A stretch of 63,938 nucleotides of DNA, the filler included, from Reclinomonas americana ATCC 50394 (taxonomy: Eukaryota), in the NCBI GenBank assembly GCA_048213135.1. It is 8 parts of 4 records of this genome, joined end to end, with 100 filler letters (N's around TTAATTAATTAA, not from the genome) between each part and the next. Parts side by side here need not be neighbours in the genome. Positions count along the whole stretch, not along the records: positions 43,636 to 49,398 come from PS015325.1; positions 49,499 to 54,271 come from PS015325.1; positions 54,372 to 62,235 come from PS015325.1; 5 more parts are not named here. One strand, 5' to 3'. The position numbers and the translations under genes were made by a program. The notes under the pieces are model-generated. The model was given only the letters and a program-made list of their open reading frames with translations, was not told where the DNA came from and searched no databases. How positions within the stretch are numbered: position 1 is the first letter of the stretch; every line of letters starts with the position of its first letter. Below are positions 46,419 to 59,833 of this stretch, one piece after another.

Positions 46419-46595
46419 ACACACTCACAATGGGTGCAATGGCGCGAGCGCGCGTGCGTATGCGTGTCAGTGTATGAGGATTAATGGACGCGACAGCATT
46501 TTCGTGCCGACCATGAGGAATCTCATTTGTACACACACTCAAACACTCCGCGGCGTCGATTCATTAGTGCGGGGTGGAGGGCTCATAACGTGCAT

Positions 46596-49500
46596 TCATA
46601 GCCGCCTGCGCGTAGCAAAGTGAGTTTTTCCACGCAGTACGCAGAGAGAAAGACGAAATACACAAGCACTTACAATGTACGCATTGCGTTTCTCCTGCAG
46701 CTCCGGTGCCATTCGCGCCGACGTCTGTTTCCACGTCTGCTGAATGGCGGCCATATCGTCGGGCGTGACGGGCCACTTGCGACGACCCTCGTCGTTTTGC
46801 AGCACAATCATCAGCGTCGTGTGCGTGCACATGACGAATTGGTCGCCGTGTGAAACGGCATGAGCGGCGCCCGAGCGGAACACGTGCTCGTCCGGACCGA
46901 GTGCCACCAGGAAGCGCATGAAGCGACTCTCCTTCAGGCGAGCCACGCCGGGGGTGGGCGGATCGTCCCAGTTGGGCACAAACACCACAAAGGACAGCGC
47001 TGCGGCATCCGGGTGCTCGAGCAAGCGCTCGACCAAGCGCGCCGACGAGTCAATCACCTCCTCCGAGTACGGTGGGTGCATCTGGAAGGAGCCCTGCCGC
47101 GGCTCCAGCTGAAAGAAGGAGCCACAGGAACCGAAAGCCGCGTCCGTGTCCGGAAACGCGGAGCCGTAGTTCGGCAAGTAGCAGTTCAGGGGCGACGCAA
47201 AGCACTCAAACTGCACGTCGAGTCGCTCACGCAGCGCCACCCACACCTCGGTGGGAATCGCCTGCTGCAGCGTGGTGCCCTCGAAGCGATCCGTGCCAAA
47301 GTACGTCTGGTAGCGTCGCAAGAGGAGCCACAGATCCACCTCGAAGCGATCGTGGTGCATGGCGTTGCCGGGTGGGGCGTGAAGCGCGTGCAGGCGCTTC
47401 AGCTTCGGGACGAACTCGGCGTTGATGGGCATTTGGTCGCCGCGGGTCGAGACGAATACCATGCCGTCGGTGGGCGCTGGGGTGATTGAGATGGTCACCG
47501 CTGTGGGAGGGGGAAGGGGAAGGGGGGTGAGAAGGGGAAGGGGAAGAAAGGGGAAGGGGGGAAGGGGGGAAGGGGAAGGAGGGAAGGGGGTATGGTGGGA
47601 GGGTAAAGGGGTATGGGGGAATGGTGGGAGACGGAAGGGAGAAGACGGAAAATGGGAAGACGGAAGGGGAAGAAGAAAGGGAAAGACGAAGGGAATGTAA
47701 AGGGGGAGGGGTACGGAGAAGACGGAAGGGGAAGGACGCAAGAGGAAGAGAAGGGAGAAGGAAAGGGAGAAGGAGCACGCGGGAAAGGAAAGGAGAACGA
47801 TAAGGGGAGATGGAAAGGGGAGAAGACGGATCTCCGACTCTACTCTCTGCTGCATCTCACTTCCTTCTATCCGCGGCTCTGAAATCCCTGCCGCCTCTCC
47901 ATCCCAATCCCTTCTCCCCCTGTCACCACTCACCAGGTGGCTCCACCACGGCATCGCTCTGCAGCAGTCGCTTCCGCAAACTACTGAGCTTGGAGGCCAC
48001 CTCGTGCGACATGTCATTCAGCTTGGCGCACACCAGCTCGGCCTGCTGCGTCACCAACCCCTGAAACACGGGGCCAACTTGTCTCCGCAAATCGGTGCAC
48101 TTTTCAACGTACTCGGCCACCGGCTTGTCGCTGTGGAGCTTGGCAAAATCGTTGCAGTCGTTGGCTTCTTGTTGCAGATGCCGCAACAATTTAGCGTCGC
48201 CAACACCTTGCTGCGCACGCCGATCAATCAATGAGTGGATGCTAAACAAGCACACACACACATAGGCGCCGGGGAGGGTGCACGCAACGTCAAGGAAATA
48301 CCGCGTGAAGTCGCGAGTGGCGGTGCACAACGCAAAGAGCGCCGCACGACCCTGTCGCGACGTGGTCGGGTATCGCCGCCGTGCCGGCACGTCGGAAAGC
48401 AACTCGCGCAGCATCGGTGTCGACACCATGGGGTCGACACGGGCGGGAAACAGCGGATCTAACCGCGGTCCATCCGGGTGCAGCATGCGCTCGGCGAGCC
48501 AGCGATTGACGGACTCCTTGGGTGCCGGAATGCCCACCTCTTGCTGGCACATGTCGCCAAACGTCTCGCGCATGGTGGCCATTTCCTTGGCGCGGTGGAT
48601 CTCGAGCTCCACGCGGGCTGCGGGGCGGGGTGAGATAATACAGAAGAAAAAAGTGGCGGTTCTCTCTTGTCGATTCACCTGCATCGCTCATTGTCCTCTC
48701 CCTCTCCGCGTCCTTCCACGCCGCCAGCACCGTGGGTGCAGACACCCGTACCACCAGGCTCACTGCTGCGGAGGTCGATGAAGTCGCCGCATTGCTGGAC
48801 GACTGACCGGCGGCATCGGCAGACGCGGCCGACGATAGTGATTCCACCTCCATGGGGCCCTCTTGCGACGCGGAGGCGGAGATGACCACGGGTGCGTTGG
48901 CCAGCACAATAAAGGTGGGTTGGACGGTGAAGTCGTACATGCCGGGCTGTGGCGGGCGGGAGAAGGGAGAAGGGGGGAAGGGGGGGAAGGGTGAGGGGTA
49001 AGGAGAGAGAAGGAAAGACACAAGAGAGGAAAAAACAAGAGATGCCTGCTTGAAATCAGATCAGACCAGCTGTCTAACGCGCACGGACTTCCCTCACTTG
49101 GTGCCTTATCGAAAAGAAGAATGCAACAGAAGGGGGAGTGTGAGGATGAATTAGAGAGCAGGGGAGAGAGTCAGCAAAGGCTGGGAGAAGGCTGCGAACC
49201 TCTTGCTGTTCAGGAGAGGCTGAGGAAGTGAGCGATAGAGATGGTTGAGCGAAGGTCATGAGAGAGAGACGTGGAAGTGAACGCATCTCGCGAGCGACTG
49301 CTTGTCTCTGTCACACTGAAGCAAAATCGAGAGAAGGCAGCAGCACGAGAGAGAGAGAGAGAGAGAGAGAAGTAAAGAACAAAGCTAGAGGAGGTGACNN
49401 NNNNNNNNNNNNNNNNNNNNNNNNNNNNNNNNNNNNNNNNNNTTAATTAATTAANNNNNNNNNNNNNNNNNNNNNNNNNNNNNNNNNNNNNNNNNNNNCC

Positions 49501-49892
49501 ACTGATGCAGCAGCCGCACCACCACCAGCTGATGCAGCAGCAGTAGCAGCTGGTCTCTTACTGCCCGCCACTGGTGGAGGAGGAGGAGGCATTGGTGAGA
49601 CAACTGGAGCAGGCGGAGGAAGAGGTGCAGCTGATGCAGTGGGAGGAGGAGCTGATGCGAAGGGATGTTCCCACACAGACTGGCCAGTGTTGACATTGAA
49701 CCAGTAGACGCCTGTGCGTGAGTGAGACACAAAGAAGAGAGTGAGACATGTCGTGTTCCCGCGCATTCTCACATTGCATTTGTGTGCGCGTGTGTCTCTT
49801 CTGTGTGTGTGAGTGTGTGAGGAGTAACGTTGTTGGGAGCGGCTGAACTGCTCGGTCCAGCCGCCGCCCAAGTCGCGCCCTCCCGCGCTCAT
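46596..49892 (-). CDS. PCIF1: PCIF1/CAPAM cap-specific adenosine N6-methyltransferase homolog with N-terminal WW domain
   Basis: WW: GWTEQFSRSQQRVYWFNVNTGQSVWEHP. PKESVNRWLAER; LWLLLRRYQTYFG; FECFASPLNCYLPNYGSAFPDTDAAFGSCGSFF; GSFQMHPPY; LSFVVFVPNW; LQNDEG..WP. Confidence 0.92.
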
Positions 49893-49939
49893 GAAATGGT
49901 CACAATAACGTCGACGGGACAGGTGGAGGACACTCTCCT

Positions 49940-50520
49940 TCAGAAGCTGCTGAGTGCCGGGAAAGGTCAAGTAGTGGGCGATACGTACACTGCTTTATGT
50001 GCTGCTCGTGCGCTGAAGAAGACGAAGAAATTCGAATTCGAATTCGCGTTTGAAGTGGATCCGGAGGGTAAGTTGCTTCGTTGCAGCAACGAATGCACAG
50101 CTGCTGGGTGATGGGAAAGGTCAAGTAGTGAGCGATACGTACACTACTTTCTGTGCCGCTCATATGCTGAAGAAAACGAAGAGCTTTACAATTCGAATTC
50201 GAATTCGCGAATGAAGTGGAGGACAAGTTGCTTGCAAGCCCTTGCGTATCTTCTGGCGCTGGTACAAGCCGAGCACTTGATGTATCGCGACCCGTACACT
50301 GCTCTCTCTGCCGTTCGTGCGCTGAAGAAAACGAAGAGCCTTGTAATTCGAATTCGAATTCGCGTATGATGTGGAGGACAAATTGCTTCGTTGCAGCATG
50401 CGCAGTGCAAAGCTGCTGGGGAAAGGTCAAGTACTGGGCGATGCGCGCACTGCTTTATGTGCCGCTCGCGCGCTGAGAAGAACGAAGAGCTTTGCCGAAT
50501 TCGCGCTTGAAGTTGCAATT
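49940..50520. repeat. ~155 bp tandem repeat x3-4 upstream of PCIF1, carrying (GAATTC)n arrays
   Basis: GAAAGGTCAAGTA..GCGAT..TACAC..GCTGAAGAA.ACGAAGA..AATTCGAATTCGAATTCGCG recurs (triplets at 50029, 50190, 50345). Confidence 0.85.
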
Positions 50521-50855
50521 CTTTCGAGCACTGCTTTCCGTCGCGCTGAGGGTGCTGAAGAGTCCGTCAACTTCGCAGTACGTGCTTCCGCAAAACGACC
50601 TCCGTTGAACTCGACAAGTGGTTGTGGAAGCACTGACTTGTTTAGTGTTGCGCATGACAGTTTTCGTGTGATTCACTTCTTTTTTGTGACAGAGAACGCG
50701 GAGAGAGAGGGACGGAGGAGGAGAGGAAAGGAGGGGTCGGTTGTACGAGAGAGATAGAGGGGGGATATCGGAGCGCCCTATATGAATCAGCGTCAGTTCG
50801 TGTACACGCACGTGTGCGTGTATCTGTGTTGTTGTTGTTGTTGTCGTCATTGCCA

Positions 50856-51198
50856 TCACTCCCAGTCACCCTCCAATGATCTCTCCGCCACTCGTCTCAC
50901 TCTCCTTTGGTACTCCTTGATGTCGGACTCGTACATGTGGGCGGCTTCGGGGTTGGCGGGCGAGTGGGGATTTGGGTCGGTGAGGAGGGACTGCGGGGGA
51001 TAGTGAGACGAGGGGGAGAGGGAAGGAAGAGAGGCGATGGGGGAGGAAGGGAGAGGGAGAGGAAGGGAGGGAAGGAGAAAAGGGGGAGGGGGGAAACGGA
51101 GGAGAGGGAGATGGGCGAGGAAGACGAAGGGAGGGAGAGAGGCAGAGAGAAAGATGGGAGGAACGGGAGAAGGGGGGAAATGGGGAGAAGAGAGACGG

Positions 51199-51231
<33 letters not shown>

Positions 51232-52212
51232 CACACACACACGCACACACACACACACAGAGAGAGAGAGAGGGTGGCGGCGAGAAGAGAGTGAGACAAG
51301 AGGAAGAAGGGGGGAACGGTAGAGAGGCAGGAAACGATATCAGCAAGACGCACCTGCACCGACGTGAGAATGCTGTTGACATTGTAGATTGGTGACCACT
51401 TGTCCTGCAGAATGTCGAGGCACAGTGTGCCGTCCGCGTAGACTACACCACCACAAACAAAGTGAGGACCGAGGCGTGGCGGTAACACTACACTGGCACG
51501 ACGAAACTGTTCGGGTGGAACATGGGCGTGTTGAAGCGCAAACGCGGTGGCTTCTCCGGATACTGCTCCGGGAAGGTCATCTTCAGCGTGAAGATGCCGC
51601 CTGAAAAGGAGAGGATCAAGAGCGCGTGAGAAAAGAGACAGTAAGGAGCACTGGAGCAGAAGAGCGGAGACGAGCAAGGGCTTCGCCAGTCACTCACCCT
51701 CCCATGGCGTGTCCGACGGTCCAAAGATCGTGCACTGCCACACATACAGATTGTCGTCTGAGAGGGGGGCACCGCTGCAGCCCTGCACACAATAACAGCA
51801 ATCCATCAGTCAGACAGTCGGCGAATGATATAAAGTCCAACAATAGCACAATCACAAGTCGTCAATGTCGTGCGACTAAAGGGTGAAAGAGGAGGAGGGG
51901 AGAGGAGGAGGAGGAGAGGAACAAGAGCATAAGGAAGGTGGAGGAGAAGGAGAAGAAGGAGGAGAAACAGGATGAGAAGAGCAAGGGAAAGAGAAAGAAG
52001 AAGAAGAAGAAGAAGAAGAAGGAGGAGAAGAAGAAGAAGGAGAAGGAGAAGGACAAGAGAGAGGAGGAGAGAGGAGAAGAAAGAGGAGAAGAAGCAGGAC
52101 AAGGAGAACAAGAAGAAGGGGGAGGAGGAGAAGAAGAACATGAGAAACAAGGACAAGTAATGGACGGAAGATGAGAAAGAGGAGGCCAAAGAGAAGGAGA
52201 AGAAAGGGAAGG

Positions 52213-52251
<39 letters not shown>

Positions 52252-52818
52252 GGAGGAGGAGGAGAAGGAAGAGGAGAAGAAGAGTAAGTGCAAGACAAGA
52301 GCATAAGAAATGAGATATTGACAGAGAGAGAGAGAGAGAGGAGTTCTCGCGCACACTGTCTCTCTCTCTCTGCCTGTGCGTGTGACAGGGAACGAGTGCA
52401 CGTGTGTGTATCTGTGAGAGAGAGTGGGACAAGCTAAGTGAGAACCGGACGAGTGCGAGGCACGCGCGCGCGCGCACGTGTGTGAGTGCGTTACTCTCTC
52501 CCTCTCTCTCTCGCCCACAAGCAGACACTCAGTGTGCTCAACTGCGCGAGAGTGCGCGCGCCCGCGCTCAGTCACAGACAAAAGAAAAAACTATAAACTG
52601 CTTCTCTCAGTCACACACACACACACGTAACACACACACAACGCAACATCCGGTGGCTCCGTGCGCATCTGTCAAGAGAGAAACACACACATAAAGAGAT
52701 GAGCGTTATGAGTGTGTGTGAGCACTCACAGTGACTGAGAGCGTTACGTCACTCTCTCTCTCTCTCTTACCTGACGAACGTCGTTCATCAAGCGGATCTG
52801 AGACGAGGACATCGACAT
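50856..52818 (-). CDS. UBC2: E2 ubiquitin-conjugating enzyme RAD6/UBC2
   Basis: Spliced [107 protein letters not shown]. Confidence 0.93.
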
Positions 52819-53383
52819 GGTCGCGGTCAACACAAAGCACTTAGAGAGAAGAGAGAAGAGCACGTGCGCGCGCTCGACACAAAATCAAGGTTGATTGAGT
52901 GAAATGGCGGCAAATTGGCGGAGGGACCTCTTTGAGTTTTTTTGTGCGTGTGTGTGTGTGGATCCGGGTGTAGTCACGTTTAGGATTGTAGCGGCGTATA
53001 ATTAGTTGAAGAGATTGGCGAGAAAGGTCAAGCAGAGGTCGATATCGATGTATATCGTGAATTCGAATTCGAATTTGAGGGGAAGTGCACAAGCTGACAC
53101 GAGCACAGCAGTTATTTGCACACACCATTGTAGTGCGACGTGCAAGGGAAGTGGAATTAGCTGAACTCAAGCAGCTGGTCAAGGAGGGTCGAAGTTTGCA
53201 ATTGCAATTTGCAAAAGTGGTCCGGCCGGCCGTGTCGTCTTCCCTCCAGCAACATTCTTCACTGCTTCTGAATTACAGAATTGGCTTTCCCTTTACGCAG
53301 CTTTCAAGAAAACAAATATCAGGTAACCCGTTGCAATTGAACGAAATTGCGCGGGAAGTCCAGTCGTTTCTCTTTTCCCCAGC

Positions 53384-53967
53384 ATGGAGAACGATGACGG
53401 CATTCTCGACTCTGACTCTGACTGCGAGTCACCGCCTTCTTCTCCTCAACGCAACGAGCGTGAGGAGGATCATCGATATGCCGACGCGTTCACACCGCAA
53501 AAGTGGTCGGGCGGCCATGTCGTCGTCCCTCCAGCGACATCCTCACGCACTGCCACCACTGCCACTGGTCATCTGCTGACTGACATGGGAGCGCTGCCTG
53601 AGTCGTCCTCTGAAGACGAGGGCGATGCTGAGCAGGGGAATGAGCATCATACGAAGCAGGCGGCACTTCGACCCATGGATGTGCTGCTGCGCGATATGGA
53701 GGAGGTCGACGAGGAAGAGATCGACGATGTGATTGTGCACGAGTCCGCAGAAGAAGACGACGACGATGATGATGATGATGACGGTGTCGATGATGATGAT
53801 GATGAGGGATTCTACTTTGATGAGGATGATGAGGATGATGATGATGATGATGGCGAGGGCGTGGATGGTGAGCAGGCAGTGCCGCAACCGTATCGTCGAC
53901 GTGGGGAACAGACGCAGCAGCTGGCGACGTCGGCGCCGGCGGCTGTGGCGATTGCTGCGCATGTGGG
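53384..53967 (+). CDS. Acidic low-complexity first exon of an unknown gene (rest lost in gap)
   Basis: MENDDGILDSDSD.. D/E-rich ORF ending at a GTGAGT donor; divergent from UBC2. Confidence 0.55.
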
Positions 53968-54196
53968 TGAGTTGGTTGGTGGAGAGAAGTTGTCTTCTCT
54001 TGTCGCTCGTCTCTCTCTCTTTCTGTCTGTCTCTCTCTCTCTCTCACACACACACGCGTACACTGCGTCACTCTCGCACGAACGCCCTCTTCGGCACTGT
54101 CTCTCTCTCTCTCTGTTAGCGCTGTGGATCTGTCATAGCAGCGAGCTCTTCACAACAATCTGTGCTTCTTTTCCTTCTTGCCCTCCGTTTCTATCA

Positions 54197-54228
<32 letters not shown>

Positions 54229-54371
54229 TGCACTCTCCGGTGCTTTCTCTCTCAACGGTTGTGGATCTGTANNNNNNNNNNNNNNNNNNNNNNNNNNNNN
54301 NNNNNNNNNNNNNNNTTAATTAATTAANNNNNNNNNNNNNNNNNNNNNNNNNNNNNNNNNNNNNNNNNNNN

Positions 54372-56288
54372 ATGTCATTCGATCAGACGTTCAACATTGC
54401 TGGTTGCGTGCTATTCTGATTTTGTGATATTTTTTGATGCACGATGATGCTGACTGTCTTGCATGCAGCACCCACTGTGACATCGCTGTCAGCCACATTT
54501 GTATCGGCACTGGCTGGCCAGTTGATAACACTGACGGGAACCGCGCTTGTTGACAACTCGGCCGACGCGTCGGCGTATGTGCTTGCCACTCCCCTTTGTG
54601 GCGCCACGACGCCGCCGACAGCCGTGGCCAGCACCAGCATCAGCAGCACATTCGGCAGTGCAACCAGCATCACGTTGACGATTGGAGCGGCGGGTGCTGC
54701 TGTTGGCACGTACGAGCTGTGCACACGGTGGGCGTCAACCAAGACATATCTGGCCGTGTCGGCGTTCGCGATTGGTGGGGGCAGAGAGAAGCATCCTGCT
54801 TGTGTGCGTGTTGTCGACTAAACGAGGTGTGTGTACAGGGACTGTTGGCCCGAGCGACATTCTGCTGTCGGGTGCGCAGACGTACTCGAGTGCGACGGTG
54901 CCGTTCACGGTGGGCACGCTGAGCATGGTGGATCTCAACACGGGACTGACGCCGACATTCAGCATTGCGGGTGGTGTACATGCGGCTCTGTTCACCATCG
55001 TGGGCGGCAATCAGCTGACGATCTCGGTGGCGCCGCCACTGAGTCGGCAGCTGCAAGTGTTTGTGCAAGTAAGCGATGGCACGCTGACGTACACCAAGCA
55101 GTTCACGATTGTCTATGGTGCGTAGGTGGGAAGGGAGGGAGGAATAAGAGAAAGGAAGGGGAAGGAGGATGAATACCACCGGTAGCGATGGAATGAGGCG
55201 AGCAGAGAAGTATTGTGATGCTGAGGCTGATGAGTCATGGGTAGAGAGTGAAAACAGATTAAGGGCAGCGCAACGATAGCACACATGTTGGTTCTTGCAC
55301 TCTTCAGTGTGCAGCAGAGAGTGGGGACATTAGCCTGACGTTCATACCCGCTCTTCTATGTTGTTGGCACCATTGGCTACTTTGGATGTTGTTCTGTCAG
55401 CGGAGATGTGTTCATGTGCTCGTCTCTCTCTCCTCTCTCCTCTCTATAAATAATAGATGTTCTTGTGCACCTTGTGCATTGCCTGGTAATGATACTGATG
55501 TTGATCTGGGTGCATGCGCAGCAAGCGGTGCAGGTTGCAGAACGGTGCAGAATGGAGTTGTGGCTCGTTGCGTTGATTTCTTACTGCGTGCACCATCTTC
55601 TTGCCGTCTCACTCGTACACATGGGACCGAGCAGCTGCGTTGGAAGTGTGCCAGTTCGAGGCAGTGGATCGACCCGGCGGTACGGTTATTGGTGTGGCGG
55701 GTTCTGCCTCTAGCGAGGTGGCGTGCTGTGAAGCGTGCGATCGGAACTCCCAGTGTCGATCGTGGACGTTCCTGGATGCTGCTGCGGCGTCAAACACGTC
55801 TGGTGTGAATTTGTGCACCATGAAGGCACGTGATCGGAGATGAGAAAGGGATTGTGTGGATTGACGAGCTCACTTCTTGATTTATGCAGAGCACCGTGCC
55901 AGCGACGGCAGCCAATGCAGAGACCAGCAACGTGTGTGGCTCGCATTTCTGCCTGGTGTCGGGACGCAAGACGAGTGCTGCCGCATACGACAGCAGCGGG
56001 TTCCTGGCCAGCACGGGCGAGTGGCTGAGATGAGAGATGAGAGAGAATCGTGACTGATGTGTTGGGTGCTTGTATGCAGATCGACCTGGTGGCGACCTCA
56101 CGTGGGCCATCAAAACCACAACTGGACCGCAAGCATGCTCGTTGTGGTGCTCCCAGTTGAGTGCATGCGGGTCGTGGACATTCACAGCGTCGACGAAGCA
56201 GTGTGTGCCAAAGAGTGGCGTGGTGGCCACGTCGACGGCGACCGCGTGTGCGACGAGCGGCGACTGCACGTCGGGGTTGAAGATATGA
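54372..56288 (+). CDS. NHL/cadherin/PAN adhesin family, copy 3 (3' part)
   Basis: Same exon series as ~9700-11601; ends SGLKI-TGA. Confidence 0.85.
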
Positions 56289-56478
56289 GTGAAAAAATGT
56301 GCTATATCCAACCGCTCTTCTCTCTCACACACACGCAGTCGCTTAACGCCTACTTCAGTTTCTTCTCCTCTCCGCTCTTGCCCACTTACTTCCGGCGGAT
56401 CCAGATTCTCGATTATCACTGCATGCTTGGCACCGCATTAGAAACTAACAAGCCACCAGTCTCCTCCATCCTCCACCC

Positions 56479-58550
56479 TCAGTCCTCCACTTCTTCGTCA
56501 TCTTCTTCCTCCGCCTCCTCTTGCTCCATCGTCTTCCCTCTCTTCCTCTCTGTTGCTTTCTCGTCCCGCGCCCGACACCACTTGGCGGCCTTGGCAATGT
56601 GCGCATCCGACAGCGATCCATTTTGAAGCAAGGCAGCCATCACACCAGGGCATTCACGAAGGGCCCGCACAGCCTGTTCGACAAACGGCAACAGAAAGTT
56701 CTTTCTGTTACAGAAATACGTTGCCAGGTCCTGCCAAAAGGGAGAAGCGTGAGTCAATGGAACCAGCAGTTGCGCAGCAGCGCGCAAACCTCAGAGTAAC
56801 CACCTTTCGTCAAGCACACTGCGTGGCCTCTTGATTACGTCACCCAAGGCAGCACCACGCAGCTCACTCTCCTACTCCGCAGAATCATTGAGTCAGTGAC
56901 TGCGACAAACATGCAACCCGACAGGCATTCTTACCAAGACGAACGCGCTCATCCGCTTGAGCACAGCCTCCACTGACTTGGCCGTGACCGAGCTACAACT
57001 GTGAGCCGACTTGCCCATAACCTTGCCCAAACTTGCGGATGACTGCGGACGACGGTCGATCCGCTGCGGACCACGAAACACCGCACTCACGGATGCAAGC
57101 TCACAGAGTAGGTGGCGATGATGGCGAACAGTGGCTGACATGGCAATAGGTGCCATGAATCCGAACGCCGTCACCAGCACCCTCCTGCGGTTGCATCCCT
57201 GTAACCAGGTCAGATGCAAATGCGAAAGAGCTTCCGCACCGACAGCAAAGCACGCAACTAGAAGTCTCTCCAGCAGCTGACGTTCGTCCTCGCTCAATCC
57301 ATCGGACTCACAGAGAGGGTCAGAAGATTGGCTCTGCTGAGAAGCACCAGGTACCTTCACCTGCGCCAACAACAGATTGAGTGGTCGATGCGGAGTCTTA
57401 TGTCTTGCACACTCCCCACGAACCGGTGCTGGAAGATCCTCATCGATGCAAGGCAGCTCCTTCTTCCGTGATTTCTTCATGCTCTTCTTCCCACTGGCAG
57501 CAGTAGCAGCAGTGGCATACTCGTCATCGTGTGTTGTTCTGCACCACTCCACTGCACGTGCAATTTCAGCCTCCGAAAGACTGGCATCGCGGAGCAGCGC
57601 AGCCAGCAATCCAGGACAGCCGCGAAGCGCTCGCACTGCCTCGGAAACAAACGACAATAGCACATTTCTGCTTCCGACGTGCACTTGACACTTCTCCCAA
57701 GATTCCTGCCATACACCCGGGTGAGAGGAAAGTGTGCCGGTCAAGATCTCTGTCCGTCTCTTACCTCCGAGTATCCACGCTCATTAATTACAATCAGTGG
57801 CCGCTCAACAGCATCCACCAGCGCGTCTCCTCGCAGCCCACTCGCCTGCAGTTCACCAAGCATCACAATCAATGTCATCGCGAGCAGCGACACGAAAAGT
57901 CATTTGCAAACCAAAACAAAGTTGCCGATGGTCGCAAGTACGCCCTCCACTGACTTGGAAGTCTTGCCGCGTGCATCGTTGGTTGTGTCGCCAAGGCTTT
58001 TGCCAAATAACCGCCGCACTACAGGCGACGGACTTCCTGGCCCAGACGACGGCAACCCGCATTCCTCACAAGCGAGCGGCAAGATCGCGCTCTGGTGGTG
58101 ACGAACTGTACTCGCCATGCACATGGGTGCCATGTAGCCAAAGGCCTTCACCAATATCTTCTTCCGATTGCTGGCCTGCTGGTCAATAACAGTGTGTATG
58201 TTGAGTGCATGCAGCAGGAACCAGAGAGCAAACATGCACACACAACGAGAAGTCGATCGAGTATCAGCCGCTGATCTTCGCTCAAGTCCTCAGAATCTGC
58301 GACGCGACACGCCGCGGTATGCTGCAGGCACATACGATAAGCAAGCAGACGACAATCGAGAGAGAAAAGGAGATGGCGAGCACACCTTTCTTGCCGTTTC
58401 ACGGTCCTCACAAACTGATTTAGACTGCTCGCAGACACAATGTGGGCTGCTGGTGAACAAGGACGAAGCACCGCGCGAAAGCCTCACCTCTGACGAGCGC
58501 TTGCCCAGAAGCGATGCATCGCGCCTGCGCTGTGAGATTTGCTGCAAGCA
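56479..58550 (-). CDS. Unknown protein with two tandem copies of an unrecognised domain
   Basis: LSED.R..L.RLL / LV.AFG.MAP..M..TVRHH / KSVE.VL..FVL / LL.FV..AVRALR.CPG..AALL..SLS.A.IA.A..WCR each occur twice in the same order. 5' end uncertain. Confidence 0.6.
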
Positions 58551-58854
58551 CAAACAAAGTGTGTTGACATGGATTCTTGATTGTGATCAGAGTCTCTCTC
58601 TCCACCCTCCCTTGAGCGCTGTGTGCTTATGATCAGCTCACTTCATCGCTCCCTTGGTTGGCGTATGCGTGTATAGCAGAGTCTCTCTTCCCCAGCGACC
58701 CTTGATCAGTGAGTGCGAGTAACCCGTGTTCCTTTCCACCCTCTCTCCCTTTCCTCACACTCCCTTGGTTGGTGCATGCGTGTAGATCAGTGCCGCTCCC
58801 CCTCTCTTCCTTGATCGCTGTGTACATGCGATCAGAGTCCCCGCCTCCCACCAA

Positions 58855-58947
<93 letters not shown>

Positions 58948-59833
58948 NNNNNNNNNNNNNNNNNNNNNNNNNNNNNNNNNNNNNNNNNNNNNNNNNNNNN
59001 NNNNNNNNNNNNNNNNNNNNNNNNNNNNNNNNNNNNNNNNNNNNNNNNNNNNNNNNNNNNNNNNNNNNNNNNNNNNNNNNNNNNNNNNNNNNNNNNNNNN
59101 NNNNNNNNNNNNNNNNNNNNNNNNNNNNNNNNNNNNNNNNNNNNNNNNNNNNNNNNNNNNNNNNNNNNNNNNNNNNNNNNNNNNNNNNNNNNNNNNNNNN
59201 NNNNNNNNNNNNNNNNNNNNNNNNNNNNNNNNNNNNNNNNNNNNNNNNNNNNNNNNNNNNNNNNNNNNNNNNNNNNNNNNNNNNNNNNNNNNNNNNNNNN
59301 NNNNNNNNNNNNNNNNNNNNNNNNNNNNNNNNNNNNNNNNNNNNNNNNNNNNNNNNNNNNNNNNNNNNNNNNNNNNNNNNNNNNNNNNNNNNNNNNNNNN
59401 NNNNNNNNNNNNNNNNNNNNNNNNNNNNNNNNNNNNNNNNNNNNNNNNNNNNNNNNNNNNNNNNNNNNNNNNNNNNNNNNNNNNNNNNNNNNNNNNNNNN
59501 NNNNNNNNNNNNNNNNNNNNNNNNNNNNNNNNNNNNNNNNNNNNNNNNNNNNNNNNNNNNNNNNNNNNNNNNNNNNNNNNNNNNNTTTAGCACGCTTCAC
59601 TCTGGACCTGGCTCCCTTCGAAACGCTGCAACACACCAAGTCAACGTCGACGTCACGACTTGATATCGCGCACTGCGCAGCGATCGACATTATAATTATG
59701 GTGGCATGTAACAACGTTAACGCAGAGTGCAGCAGACACTTACACTCGCATCACCTTCGACGTGCGCCATCATTTTGGCGCCAAATTCGCGTTTTCACCT
59801 GTTATCGTGCGTGTCTCAACACTGCGCGCGCCA

